From Octopus sinensis (Eukaryota): DNA of 64,000 bases. The stretch is taken from contig NC_043009.1 in assembly GCF_006345805.1 (NCBI RefSeq), positions 42,842,001 through 42,906,000 on the forward strand, read 5' to 3'. The position numbers and the translations under genes were made by a program. The notes beneath the pieces were generated by a model, which saw only the letters and a program-made list of their open reading frames with translations, had not been told where the DNA came from and searched no databases. Numbering within the stretch: position 1 is the first letter of the stretch; each line of letters opens with the position of its first letter. Below, piece by piece: positions 14,346 to 28,245 of the stretch.

Positions 14346-16858
14346 CATATATATATTCACATGTACATACATATGTGTATACATATCCTTTAAGTTCATT
14401 TATGGGAAATGTTTTGAATATACATGTATATCCAGTAAAAAGGAAATTCCTGCTGTATGATAGCTTATGCTAGCTGATGCCCGTGGAGAAGCTTTGTAAA
14501 GCATGCAATAAGGTGATTTTAGATATATATATGTCTATATATATATACAGTAGTAGCTCGGTTTTCAAACAACTCTGATCACAAATAAATTGTGGTTTAT
14601 CTCTTCTCTTACTCATATTCATTTGGCAAGCTTCTTTCAGTTTCCGTCTACCAAATCTATTTGCAAGGCTTTCATTATTCCAGAGTCATAGTGGAAAATT
14701 TTTGATCAAGATACTTCACAGCAAAATGGAACTTGAAATCAAGCGATTGTTAAGCTAACTTCAGACCCTGGCATAAAATCCGAGATTAAAACTCTTGTAA
14801 AATTATGGCGGTGCCCCAGCATGGCCACAGCTCGTGAGCTGAAACTAGATAAAATTAAAAAAATTTTTTTTTAATTAAATATATGCATTAATAAACATGT
14901 TTTAGAATTTAAATGTCCAAATTCTGAAAATAAACCAAATAGCTAAATATGAACATTGTCAATTTAATTTTAATAATTCCATATGTGGCTGAAGAGTGCT
15001 CTACATTTTAAAACTGATGTAATACTTACATTGTTTAATTAAATGAAGTAGCATGAAACGATTGCACTACACTACCTTTGGATATCCTTGTTGCTTACTT
15101 TGATTATAATCACCCCATTTGATTTATATGGATAATACCATACCAAATTCTGGTGCCTTTAACTTAAGTACCATATTCATCAGAATCTAAATTTTTGCTG
15201 AACTAATATATATATATATGTATGTGTGTGTATATGTTTGAGTGTCTGTGTTTGTCCCCCCCCCCCCAACATTGCTTGACAACCAATGCTGGTGTGATTA
15301 TGTCCCCGTAACTAAGCGGTTCGGCAAATGAGACCGATAGAATAAGTACTCGGCTTACAAAGAATAAGTCCATGTATTCTCTTTTACTCTTTTACTTGTT
15401 ACAGTCATGTGACTGTGGCCATGCTGGAGCACCACCTTTAGTTGAGCAAATCGACCCCAGGACTTATTCAGTTTCTGCCTACCAAATCCACTCACAAGGC
15501 TTTGATTGACCTGAGGCTAAAGTAGAAGATACTTGCCCAAGGTGCCATACTGTGAAACTGAACCTGGAACCATGTGGTTGGGATGTAAGCTTCTTACCAC
15601 ACTGCTACACCTATGCTTATATGGATTATATAATTATATGATCCAATTAGGTTGGATTTTATTTACATAACAGGCATGGCTGTGAGGTAAGAAGTATGCT
15701 TTATAATCATATGGATCTGTGTTCAGTCCCACTGGGTGGTATCTTGAGTGAGTATTTTTCTACCATAGCCTCTGGCCAACCAAATTTTTGTGAGTGGATT
15801 TGGTAAATGGAAACTGAAAGAAGCCTATGTGTGTATATTTGCGTCTGTGTTTGTCTCCTATCACCACTCCTTGACCACAAATGTTGCTGTGTTTGTGTCC
15901 CTGTAACTTAGCAGTTTGGCAAATGAGACCCAATAGAATAAGTACAAAGCTTAAAATAAAAATGTAATGGGATTGATTTGTCCAACCAAAGTCCATTCAG
16001 GTGGTACACCAACATGGCTACAATCTAACCCCTTAGCATTTTATGCAGACGTACCCAGTCAAAATATTCTCCCCGTTTCATGTTCAAAATGCCCAGATCC
16101 AGACTTTCACACCATCTCTAAACGTCAGTCAAAATATAAACAATTACATCATCGCACACTGGGCAAAACGCTTAGCAGTATTTCATATGTCTTTACATTC
16201 TGAGTTCAAATTCCACTGAGGTCAACTTTGCCTTTCATTCTTTTGGGATTGATAAAGTAAGTACCAGTTGCATACTGGGGTGGATCTAATCGACTGCTCC
16301 TATTCTCCAAAAATTTCGGGGCCTTGTGCCTATAATAGAAAAAAAATGTGAATATATTGCATTACATTTCATTAAGTATCCTGAATACTAAAAGGGCTTA
16401 TGACAAAAGCAGGTAAAAGATAGAAGACAAATGTGTAAAGTTTATGAGTATTTATTATCTGTAGCATTAAGATACTGTATAAGAGATAGACATATTAAAT
16501 ATGATTTCCTGTAATTAATAGTTTTAGGACATAGCTTAAGGGAACGTAATATTTTCCCTCTTTTTTTATTTAAGGAAAAATGCTGATATTGATTAATAAA
16601 TTGATTTTAATAAAAGGTATTTTTAGTAATGAGTTCTTTTAAATAATGAATAAGAATTTTTTTGTTTGTGTGTGTGTGTGTGTGTGTGTGAAAGAGAGAG
16701 AGAGAAAGAGAGATAAGAATTGTAAGCATGACATATTGTAAGACTGGCGTTTACACTTGTAGAACAAGCTTTAACCCACAAAATGAGAAATTTATACTTA
16801 CACACAGACATATACATACATATATAAATATACACAGACATCCTTCTTTCACTCTCTT

Positions 16859-16916
<58 letters not shown>

Positions 16917-17495
16917 CAGGGTACAGTGAATGAATTGTCGTGTAAATTAAGCAAAAATGAAAATAACACTGACATCTCATTTTAACAGCTATATTTACAA
17001 AAATTACATAAAAATATCTTGAAATACTAATGAGTAAATTTATTCAATAAAATCGCCTCTGGCTACAACCCTGGCCTCCAGACAACTTTGGAATCTTCTG
17101 CAGCTCTTTTGGATGGTCTCCTCGTTTAAGTTGCTGAATACTGCCATAATCCTTGCTTTCAGTTCATCTTTGGTGTTACAAGGAGTTTTGTTGGTCTCTC
17201 CCTCAGCTGTACCCAACACATAATAATCAAGAGGGTTGCAGTCTGGGAAGTTAGTTGGCCAGATGTTAGGGGTGATGTGATCACAGAAATTGTCTGACAG
17301 CCATGACTGGGTTCTCCTGCTTGTGTGGCATGGTGCAGAGTCCTGTTGCAAGACATAGGACTCTTCCAGCAGCCACACTCGACCCAGAGCAGCACTACCT
17401 CCTCCAGGCACTTGCTGTTGGCTTCCATGTTGAGTCTGAGGAAGATAAATGGAGGTATAACATTGCTATCACTAGTGATCACTCCAAACACCTTC
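16917..17495 (-). pseudogene. maT-like (DD37D) Tc1/mariner transposase C-terminal relic with terminal repeat
   Basis: YVLQQDSAPCH...WPTNFPDCNPLDYY has 37 residues between the second and third catalytic D. The frameshifted upstream part is VFGVITSDSNVIPPFIF. The element end is TA|CAGGGT at 16917. Confidence 0.85.
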
Positions 17496-17848
17496 GCAAT
17501 CACCATTACACTCATCCAACTCTTTTCAAATACCCTGCACTGTCCTCACATCGACACCCAAGCACTCTGAAATCTTTGTATAAATTAGCAGACAACAAGA
17601 ACGTGCACAAGGAATGTATTAGTTCAATGCTCATTAAAATGAGAGAGATTTTGACATTTCAAGCATAGCTCTTCATTAGAAGGGAGAAAGGGAAAAGTCC
17701 AAAGAAGGAAAAGAAATCACCAACAGCATGCATGTGTAGTTACATTGCTGAAAACTATATTCATATATATATATATATATATATATATTTCGTTTTGGGA
17801 TTTGGTTTGCAAGATTCTTCATTTGAGTTTGTGTGTTGAAGCATATTC

Positions 17849-18058
17849 TGTTGTGTCTGGGGAGAGTCATTTTCTTTTTGTGCCTTATAATTAACACACT
17901 CACAGGTAAAATTTCCACTTATTTCTTACATTTATTTTCCTAAAATTTTCGTTGCATCTTGCAACCTTTTCAATAGTCTTCAAGACTATTGAAATTTTAC
18001 CGGTGAGTGTGTTAAATTATAAGGCACAAAAAGAAAATTACTCTCCCCAGGCACAACA
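17849..18058. repeat. Inverted-repeat insert (65 bp arms) between (TA)n tracts, with internal hairpin
   Basis: 17849-17913 pairs with 17993-18058. Internal hairpin tttcaatagtctt-c-aagactattgaaa. The motif tgtgtctggggagagtcatt recurs at ~59665. Confidence 0.7.
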
Positions 18059-18145
18059 CAACAATATATATATATAAAATCAACAGATTAGATCCAAAGA
18101 TGCTGAGCAGAGAAAACACTTAGTAGCTCTCAAATGATTTGAACT

Positions 18146-18510
18146 TCATCATCATCATCATCATCGTTTAACGTCCGTTCTCCATGCTAGCATGGGTTGG
18201 ACAGTTCAACCGGGGATCTGGGAAGCCAGAAGGCTGCACCAGGCTCCGGTCTTATCTAGCAATGTTTCTACAGCTGGATGCCCTTCCTAACGCCAACCAC
18301 TCCATGAGTGTAGTGGCTGCTTTTTACATGCCACCTGCACTGGTGCCAGGCGAGGCTGGCATCAGCCACAGTCGGATTGGTGCATTTTACGTGCCACCTG
18401 CACGGAAGCCAATCGAGGCGGCACTGGCTTCAGCCACGATTCGGATGGTACTTTTTATGTGCCACCGACACGGAAGCCAGTCGAGGCGGCGCTGGCATTG
18501 TCCACGATTC
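18146..18510 (-). mobile_element. Short element sharing the RTE 3' end (family C)
   Basis: ggcgttaggaagggcatccagctgtagaaac...ccaacccatgctagcatgg..gacgttaaacgatgatgat matches the tail of the RTE at 24200-24335. Others at 29099, 32990, 41438, 49492, 57040, 58300. Confidence 0.75.
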
Positions 18511-19075
18511 AGACAGAACTTATATTCTGAAATTTCCTAAGAGGAATGAAAGTGGGTAGGTATGGAGATAATGATGCAAACAAACAAGCAGAAGCACTTG
18601 GGCTTGATATATAAAATATAAATACAGATATACATGTAAATAGAGAGAAACAAAACTGAAGAAATTCAGATGATGATCATTCATGTATAGACATCAAGAT
18701 TTTTTTCTTTTTTTTTCTACTCTAGGCAAATGGCCTGAAATTTTGGGGGAGGAGGCGAGTTGATTAGATCGACCCCAGTTTGCAACTGGTACTTAATTTA
18801 TCGACCCTGAAAGGATGAAAAGCAAAGTCGACCTCAGCGGAATTTGAACTCACTAGATATTTATATATTAACAGAACTGATTTACAGAGTACAAAGACAC
18901 AGAAAATTAAGGAGAGAAAGTATGGCATTTTAATACAAATCTTAATCTTCTTGTATTAAAATTCTTTGAATGTTCACGGATTTCCACTTGTATATCCATG
19001 TGTGTGTGTGTGTCTGAGACAGTTTGTCTGTCTGTCTGGCTGGCTGGCTGGCTGTGTGTGGGTGTATGTGTGTGT

Positions 19076-19485
19076 AAGCAATGCAGGTGTGAAATTATAG
19101 AAATTGTGTAAGATGATCCCAATAAATAAAGACAAATAAAAGATATTTTATCACCTTAAATAGGTTGCTTAATGCTTCTATTATATTTTTGGAAAGCTTT
19201 CCTTTATCTTTGGAGAAAGCTTCTCTTTATAAGATAGAAAATGATCCAAAAGTTCAGAACAAACATATTATCATCAACCAAACACTTCAGAATGTTCCGC
19301 CAATAACATCACTTTACTTCAAAGTCTTGGATTATTTTTTATCTTATATTTGATAAAGGGAAGCTTTCCCAAAATATAATAGAGGCAGTAAACAACATAT
19401 GGGAGGTAATCCAGAATATTTTCTTTGTCTTTGTTTATTGGTATCACTTTTATATATTTTCCCTAATTTCTCACCTGCTTTGCTT
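19076..19485. mobile_element. MITE / foldback element with ~130 bp imperfect TIRs
   Basis: aagcaatgcaggtgtgaaatta...ggaaagctttcctttatc pairs with gataaagggaagctttccc...taatttctcacctgctttgctt. Confidence 0.65.
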
Positions 19486-20658
19486 GAAGAATTTCTTAAA
19501 AATAATTATGTAGGCACAGGTATGGCTGTGTGATAGAAATTTTGCTTTCCAATAACATGGTTCCAGGTTCAGTCCTGTTGGTTGGCACCTTGGGCAAGTA
19601 TTATCTTCTACTATATATCCTTGGGATGACCAAAACCTTGTGAGTGGATTTTGTAGACAGAAATTGAAAGAAGTATGTTGTAAATGTGTGTGCGTGTGGG
19701 GGGGGGGTCTTTGTGTATGTGTGTATGTGTCTGTCTCCCCTACCACTTGACAACTGGTGTTGGTGTGTTTACATCCGTCATCCTTGTAAATTACTGGGTC
19801 AGCAAAAGAGGCCACTAGAATGGGTCCCAGACTTAATGAAAAGATAAGCACTGGGGTTGATTCATTTAACTAAAAATTCTCCAAGGTGGTGTTCCAGCAT
19901 GGCCACAGTCTAAGGACTGAAACAAGTAAAGGATAAAAATCAAAAATATATCCGTGTGTGTGTGTGTGCATGTATGTGTATGCACGTGTGTATGTATGTG
20001 TGCATGTATGTGTATGCACGTGTGTGTGCCTGCACGAGTGAGTACATGTGTGTATGTATGTATATATGAGTGTGCGTCTATGTGCTTATGTTTGTGTCTC
20101 AACACATGTTAATACTTGTTGGTTAGCTCATGTCCATAACTTAGCAGTCGAACAAAGGAGACTGATGGATTAAGTACCAAACTTAAAAATAAGTATTTGA
20201 GTTTGATTTGTTTGACAAAAAAATCCTTCAAAGTAATGCTCTAGTATGGCCACCACTCAATAACTGAAACTAGTAAAAGAATAATAGAATAATAGAATAA
20301 AAGAATAATAGAATAATAGAATAATAGAATAATAGAATAACAGAACATCCATGCTGACATTCTTCATCGAGTGAAGCAGGCACATTTAATTTCTTTCCAG
20401 CTTTCACTGTCACTCTGCAATAATGTTGATGATGATGATGATGGTGGTGGTGGGGGGGTGAGGAGGTGGGCGATGCTAACAACGATGGCAATGATGATGA
20501 CGATGACAGTGATGATGATGATGGTTGCAACAATGATGAGGTTTTTGCTGATGATGACAATGATGTTTATGACAATGGCAACGGTGTCAATGACAATGGT
20601 GATGATGATGATGATGATGATGATGCGTATGATGATCATGATCTCGATGATGATGAGT

Positions 20659-20702
<44 letters not shown>

Positions 20703-20704
20703 AG

Positions 20705-20735
<31 letters not shown>

Positions 20736-21559
20736 AGTGATGATGATGATAGTGATGATGATGATAGCGATGATGATGGTGGTGGTGATGATGGTGGTGG
20801 AGGTGATGATGATGACGACCGTGATGACAACGATGACCTTGACGATCATCACGATCATCATGCTGACTACAACGGCAAGTACGACAACAACGAAAACAAG
20901 ACCAAGAACAAGAAGAATAACAACAACAACAACAGCAGCAACGATGAAGATGATAATTATGACAATGATAACAATATGACGGAAGAGGTTTATGAGACAA
21001 TTAAACATGAGAAGCAGCTATTTTTCTAATTGGATTGGTGTATCCAAAGCTGGGTATGTGGAAACCTTAGAGCTACTCCAAGATTATTGATTTGGCTAAA
21101 TGGAATTATCAGTTGTAAGATATTATCCAAGACTGATTGAACAAGTTGAAACCAAACAAAATGCGATGATCAAGAGATTCTTGCAGAAAATGACAATGTT
21201 ATGAAATACGCAGAAGCTGTCAGGGTTTGAAACCGAAAACCTATCAAGATTTTTATCATGTCTTCCAGCCAAAACATTTATCAACGATGTTTTTTTATGT
21301 TGATTCAGTTACAATCTTTGTGTGTGTAATGCATGTTTGTATGTGTATGTGTGCAAGCCGTGTGTTGTTTATGTGTGTGTTGTGTATTAAAAACTTCTGT
21401 AACTATTAGAAACATCTACTTATAATTCGATACTAGTAGTGTTATGTACCATAATTACATACATACCTGCAGTTGATGCATGGAGAACAAAAACAAGGAA
21501 CCACTAAAGAAAATTGTTTTATACATATTTCACCATCAGAGGAAATGATAAAGCAATTT

Positions 21560-21870
21560 ATCTTAATTTGTCTCATATTGACGTTCTCATCATTTGGGAC
21601 TGCAAAGTCAATTATCTGACACTTTCTATTCTCTTCATCTACTACTGCTAAATCAGACCTTCTAGCTTCTATCACTCTAGATGTTAAAATCCCACAATAT
21701 CCTATATTTCTTACTTTCTAGCAGTTTGCTAGGTTTATGTTCACGCCATTTATCAGTATGGTCAAATCTTAGCTTTCAACACAACATACCTCCCAATAGA
21801 TTATTCTCCCCTGGTTGTTATGTCTTTTCTTATATTCTTTCTGTGCCATGATGCTACATTCACTTCCTGT
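21560..21870 (-). pseudogene. R4/Dong-like non-LTR retrotransposon fragment (zinc-knuckle end plus restriction-like endonuclease)
   Basis: ECSIMAQKEYKKRHNN (C..RHD motif), ILWDFNI, then IEARRSDLAVVDEENRKCQIIDFAVPNDENV (degenerate PD...D endonuclease motif). Confidence 0.8.
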
Positions 21871-21877
21871 ATGAATA

Positions 21878-21911
<34 letters not shown>

Positions 21912-21912
21912 T

Positions 21913-22085
21913 GCCGGGCGAAATGCTTAGCAGTATTTCATCTGTCTTTACGTTCTGAGTTCAAATTCCATCGAGGTCAACTTTGCCTTTCATCCATTCG
22001 GGGGTCGATAAAATAAATACCAGTTAAACATTGGGGTTGATGTAATCGACTCTAAAACTGATGGCCTTGTGCCAAAATTTGAAAC

Positions 22086-22140
<55 letters not shown>

Positions 22141-22159
22141 GTTATTATTATTGTTGTTA

Positions 22160-22208
<49 letters not shown>

Positions 22209-23198
22209 AGTGGTGAGCGGGCAGAATAGTTACCATGCCAGACAAAATGCTTAATGGTATTTTGCCTGTTGCTTAATGGTATTTTGCCTGGTGAGCTGGC
22301 AGAAACGTTAGCACACCGGGCGAAATGCTTAGCAGTATTTCGTCTGCCGCTATGTTCTGAGTTCAAATTCCACCGAGGTCGACTTTGCCTTTCATTCTTT
22401 CAGGGTCGATAAATTAAATACCAGTTACGCACTGGAGCTGATATAATCGACTTAATCTGTTTGTCTGTCCTTGTTTGTTCTCTCTGTGTTTAGCCCCTTG
22501 TGGGTAGTAAAGAAATAGGTATTTCATCTGTTGCTATGTCCTGTGTTCAAATTCTGCCAAGGTCAGCTTTACCTTTCATCCTTTCAGGGTCGATAAAATA
22601 AGTACCAGCTAAACACTGGGAGTCGATGAAGATGAATCATCCCTCTCCCAAAACTGTTGCCCTTGTGACAAAATTTGAAGCCATTATTACTGTTATTATT
22701 CTGGCAGAATCGTTAGAATGCCTGGTGAAATGCTTAACGAGATTTCATCCGTCTTCATGCTCTGAGTTTAAATTCAACTGAGGTCGACTTTGCCCCTTTT
22801 GGGGTTGATAAAGTAAGTACCAGTTAAACATTGGGGTTGATGTAATCAATTCATCCCCTCTTCCAAAAATGCTGTGCTTGTAGCAAAATTTGAAACCATT
22901 ATTGTTATTATTATTATTATTATTATTATCATTATTATTATTATTATCATTACTATTATTATTATCATCATCATTATCATTATTAGGGTTGCGAGCTGTC
23001 AGAATCATTAGCACTCTGGGTGAAATGCTTAGCAGTATTTCGTGTGTCATCACATTCTTAGTTCAAATGTTGCCAGAGTCGACTTTGCCTTTCATTCTTT
23101 CGAGGTCGATAAATTAAGTACCAGTTATGCACTGGGGTCGATGTAATTGACCGGTCCCCTTCCCAAAAATGTCAGGCCTTGTGCCTATAGTAGAAAGG

Positions 23199-23234
<36 letters not shown>

Positions 23235-23452
23235 ATTATCATTATTATTATTATTAATGGGTTTTTCTTCTTCTTTCAAATTTGCTTCCATTTCTTGCCG
23301 AGTGTCTTCCTGACTCCTAGGGCAAAGAAACTCATAGTATACATTGGTAGGCCATTAAACTAAACTCACTAGTTCGTTCATTTTTTTTCTTCTTTTTTTT
23401 ATAGAAATAAAGTTAAATTAAAATACATGGGTAGTAATAGTTCTCATTATTA

Positions 23453-23532
<80 letters not shown>

Positions 23533-23715
23533 GGTGGTGAGCTGGCAGAATCATTACAGCACTGAGAAAATGCTTAGTGGTATTGCTTCTGACTTAACTG
23601 AGTTCAAATGCTGTTAGGGTCAACCTTTCCTTTCATCTTTTTGGGATTGATAAAATAAGTACAGTTGAATGCTGGGATTGATATAATTGATTTACCCTTT
23701 CTCTTAAAATAAGAT
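21913..23715 (+). mobile_element. Cluster of at least six same-orientation SINE family B copies separated by (ATT)n
   Basis: The gagttcaaattc...gactttgcctttcat core recurs at ~21960, 22360, 22545, 22765, 23060 and 23600. Confidence 0.85.
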
Positions 23716-23774
23716 GCTCTGATGCAGTACCAAGCACTGGCTTTCATGGTTTCTGATCTTAACTGATTAGTGTA

Positions 23775-24335
23775 CTGAGAGAGAAGTTTGGCCAGAAGAG
23801 GAATTATATGCAATGCGCAAGAGAGGGGACTGCACTGGTATGGTCGTGTGATGTGGATGGATGTAAATGGTTGCATACAGAAGTGCCAATCACTTAAGGT
23901 GAATGGAACTTGTGGAAGAGGGAAACCCAGGTAGACATGGGACAAAGTTTTGAAGGCTAATTTCATGACACTGAGCCTCACGAAGGAGATGACAAATGTC
24001 TGGGATATGTGGGACATTGCTCTACTTGAGAAGACCCACCCACCACAACAGAGTTGAGATCCTAAATCTAAGGGGCTATGTAAAAAAACATTTGTGTGGG
24101 TGCTGGGGTCACAAAGAAGCACATATGATGGTGTCATGTAAAATCACTGGTGATGGTGCTACGTAAAAAGTGCTCAGTACCCTTTGTGGAGAGGTTGTTG
24201 TTAGAAAGGGTATCCAGCTGTAGAAATCAAACCAAAGCAGATTATGGAACCGAGTGAGGTTCTTGACCTTGTCAGTTCCTCGCAAGGCATCCAACCCATG
24301 CCAGCATGGAAAACAGATGTTAAATGTTGATGATC
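23775..24335 (+). mobile_element. RTE-clade LINE 3' fragment
   Basis: Translates to RGIICNAQERGLHWYGRVMWMD...KVNGTCGRGKPR*TWDKVLK (RLxWxGHV and GRGRPR motifs). Ends in the family tail ccaacccatgccagcatggaaaacagatgttaaatgttgatga. Confidence 0.8.
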
Positions 24336-24365
24336 AGGACAATATAACATCATCATAATTATTTA

Positions 24366-24760
24366 GGCTGTGTGGTAAGTAGCTTGCTTACCAACCACAT
24401 GGTTCCGGGTTCAGTCCCACTGCATGGCACTTTGGGCAAGTGTCTTCTACTATAGCCTCAGGCCAACCGAAGCCTTGTGAGTGGATTTGGTAGACGGAAA
24501 CTGAAAGAATCCTGTCGTGTATATGTATATATATATATGTGTGTATTTATGTATCTGTGTTTGTCCTCCCAACATCGCTTGACAACCGATGCTGGTGTGT
24601 TCATGTCCCCGTAACTTAGCGGTTCGGCAAAAGAGACTGATACAATAAGTACTAGGCTTACAAAGAATAAGTCCTGGGGTCGATTTGCTCGACGAAAGGC
24701 GGTGCTCCAGCATGGCCACAGTCAAATGACTGAAACAAGTAAAAGAGTAAAAGAGTAAAG
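24366..24760 (+). mobile_element. SINE family A
   Basis: Near-consensus copy. Confidence 0.85.
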
Positions 24761-25113
24761 AGTATATCTTATTATCTTTTACTTGCGTCAGCCATTGGAC
24801 TGTGGCCATGCTGCAGCACTGTTTTCATATGTTTTTACTTGAACAAAAAACCTCCTATACTGTCTTTCTGTTTTTTTTTTTAAAGTGCGGTATTTATTCT
24901 TCTGGTTTCTTTTGCTGAACTGCTAAGTTATGGAGATGTAAACAATCCAATACCAGCTGACAAGCAGTGGGGAACAGACACACAAACACATACACATAAA
25001 CACACACACGCACACATACACATAAACACACACACGCACACATACATATACACACAGAGACACATATATATAGTGGAACTGAATCTGGAACCATGTGGTT
25101 GGAAAGCAAACTT

Positions 25114-25570
25114 CTTATTTCTTTATTGCCCACAGGAGGCGAAACATAGAGAGGACAAGCAAGAACAGACAAATGGATCAAGTCGATTACATCGAACTCA
25201 GCGCATAGCTGGTACTTAATTTATTGACCCCGAAAGGATGAAAGCAAAGTCAACCTCGGCGGAATTTGAACTCAGAATGTAACAGCAGATGAAATACCGC
25301 TAAGCATTTCATCTGGCGGACTAACATTTCTGCCAGCTCGCTGTCTTATTTCTTTATTGCCCACAAGGGGTTAAACATAGAGGGGACAAACAAGGACAGA
25401 CAAAGGGATCAAGTCGATTACATTGACCCCAGTACGTAACTGGTACTTAATTTATTGACCCCGAAAGAATGAAAGGCAAAGTCAACCTCGGCGGAATTTG
25501 AACTCAGAACGTAACGGCAGATGAAGTACCGCTTAGCATTTTGCCCGGCGTGCTAACAATTATGCCAGCT
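25114..25570 (-). mobile_element. Tandem dimer of SINE family B
   Basis: Two adjacent copies, each with cttatttctttattgcccaca at its + strand left edge. Other copies at ~16155, 18715, 29537, 45625, 55966, 56401, 57331, 62020. Confidence 0.85.
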
Positions 25571-25834
25571 CACAGTCTTCTCTTATGGGCCCGGTTTCCC
25601 TGTTTCAATGGTGTATGTGTTCCCCAGGTGGACAGGACGCCAGTCCATCGCAGCGTTACTCATTTTTGCCAGCTGAGTGGACTGGAGCAACATGAAATGA
25701 AGTGTTTTGCTCAAGAACACAACGCGTCACCCGGTCCAGGAATTGAAACCACAATATTACGATCATGATGCTGACACCCTAACCACTAAGCCACCTGCCT
25801 CTTAACCACACAACCAAACCTACACCCACATATC

Positions 25835-26272
25835 TTTACTCTCTTTTACTCTTTTACTTGTTTCAGTCATTTGACTGTGGCCATGCTGGAGCACCGCCTT
25901 TAGTCAACCAAATCGACCCTGGGTCTTATTCTTTGTAAGCCCAGTACTTATTCTATCGGTCTCTTTTGCCGAACCGCTAAGTGACGGGGACATAAACACA
26001 CCAGTATCGGTTGTCAAGCAATGCTAGGGGGACAAACAGAGACACACAAACACACACACACATACACACATATATATATATATATTTAAATATATATATA
26101 TATATACGACAGGCTTCTTTCAGTTTCCGTCTGCCAAATCCATTCACAAGGCATTGGTCGGCCCAAGGCTATAGCAGAAGACACTTGCCCAAGATGCCAC
26201 GCAGTGGGACTGAACCCGGAACCGTGTGGTTGGTAAGCAAGCTACTTACCACACAACCAAACCTACACCCAC
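25835..26272 (-). mobile_element. SINE family A nested in an older copy
   Basis: Near-consensus; accacacaaccaaacctacacccacatat is duplicated at ~25805 and ~26248. Confidence 0.8.
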
Positions 26273-28210
26273 ATATATGTATAAAACAGGTGAAAAAATA
26301 TCATGATAACAATAATTTCCTCCATTCTATACCAAACACATGCTGTAAGAATAGCTATCAATTATACAACTTCCTACTTATTTTCTGCTGTTACATAGCT
26401 GTGTTGCTTTTTGCCATTCTTTTTTGCCAACCAGAAAACTGACACCATTCCAGTAGTAACCTTTAGAGATGGCTTATCACAATATGCCGGCTGATATGGT
26501 CAGAGACAACTTCTTTATCTTCCTCTAACTCCCCCAACTCCTCAACACGTAGGAACACACTTCGACTTTAATACCAGTTTTAATTGGTTTAAATTGGTCA
26601 ATATTATGTATATATATTGTTTCTGCTATGATGTTTTATTCTGCTAGTAAGTCGACACCACGGCATTCACCACGCTGCTTTGTCTTTCTTTGATGGTGGT
26701 GGTAGGGGGGTGGGGTGAGAAGTGGTGGTGGAAGTGGTGGTGGTGGTGGTGGTGGTGGTGGTGGTGGTGGTGGTGGAAATGGCGGTGGCAGTGGCAGCAG
26801 TGCTGGTGGTGGTGGTGGTGATGGTGGAAGTGGTGGTGGTGGTGGTGGTAGAAGTGGTGGTGATCGTCGTTGTGGTTGTGATGGTGATGATGGCAATTGT
26901 AGTGGTGGTGATGGTGGCGATTGTGGTGGTGATGGTGATGTTGATGATAATCATGAAGATCATAGTAATGATTGCAATGCTTTTGGTGGTGGCCATGTAT
27001 TGCTGATGATATAGTGGGAGATGGTGGTAGGGGTGGCAGTGGTGGTAGTGTCAGTGCCATTTTTCAACCCAAAATTATTCAGAACGTTGGTGCAGGCATG
27101 GCTGTGTGGTAAGAATTTTGCTTTCTAACCACATGATTTCAGGTTCATTCCCACTACATGGTCCCTTGAGCAAGTGTCTTCTACCATAGCTTCAAGATGT
27201 TCAAAGCCTTGTGTGTGAATTTGGTAGATGGAAACTCAAAGAAACCCATTGTATATATATATGTATATATATATATATATATTGTGTGTGTCTTTCTGAT
27301 TGTGTTAGAAGTGGTGGTGGTGGTGGTAGTAACGGTGGTGGTGATGGTGGTGGTGGTGGTGGAGGTAATGGTGGTGGCGATGGTGATATTGGTGGTGGTG
27401 GTGATAGTATTGGTGGTGGAGATGGTATCGGTGGTGGTGACTATAATAATGATAATGATAATGATGATGATGACAACGATAACGATGATGATGGTTACAA
27501 AGTTCCCAATGGTGATGACAATGATGGTGATGACAACGACGACAATGCCAATGCTGATAACAACAATGATGATGATGACAATGATGACGACGATGACGAT
27601 GATGATGACAATGACAACAACAACGACGATGATGGTGATGGTTCTGGTGTCATGTGATGGCGTGTGTCATTAACCATAAACACTGTCTCTAAATGACAAC
27701 AAAATAACCTTATAATATTCAATAATCCTCAACAATTACTGCCTGAAATCCTATTTAGAAGCAAAGAGAGAAGGAAATATTGAAATGCTACACCTTAATG
27801 GCTCGCTCGCTTATTAAAATTTCTTCTCTATACACGTGTTGTTTTTTTTAGTTTGTTTTTGTTTATGGTTTTTCTTGCTTTTGCTTTCTTGGTTTTTCAT
27901 TTTTTTCCCCAATATTTTCCTCAGGAAGAGGGAGAATAAAGTCACGTCTACATCTTCTGATCTTCTCTCATCATATTTCATAATTGGCTTTATATCCTGA
28001 CTCAGTTAAAATGTCTTTCTACATGGACACACACACACACACCACACACACACACACATGCACACACACACACACACGCACGCATGCACGCACACACACA
28101 CACACACACAAATGCACGTGCATATAGAAATGCACACATACACATATACAAAGCACAAACGTATATGTACAAACATACAAACACACACATACACACAAAC
28201 ACACAAACAA

Positions 28211-28245
<35 letters not shown>

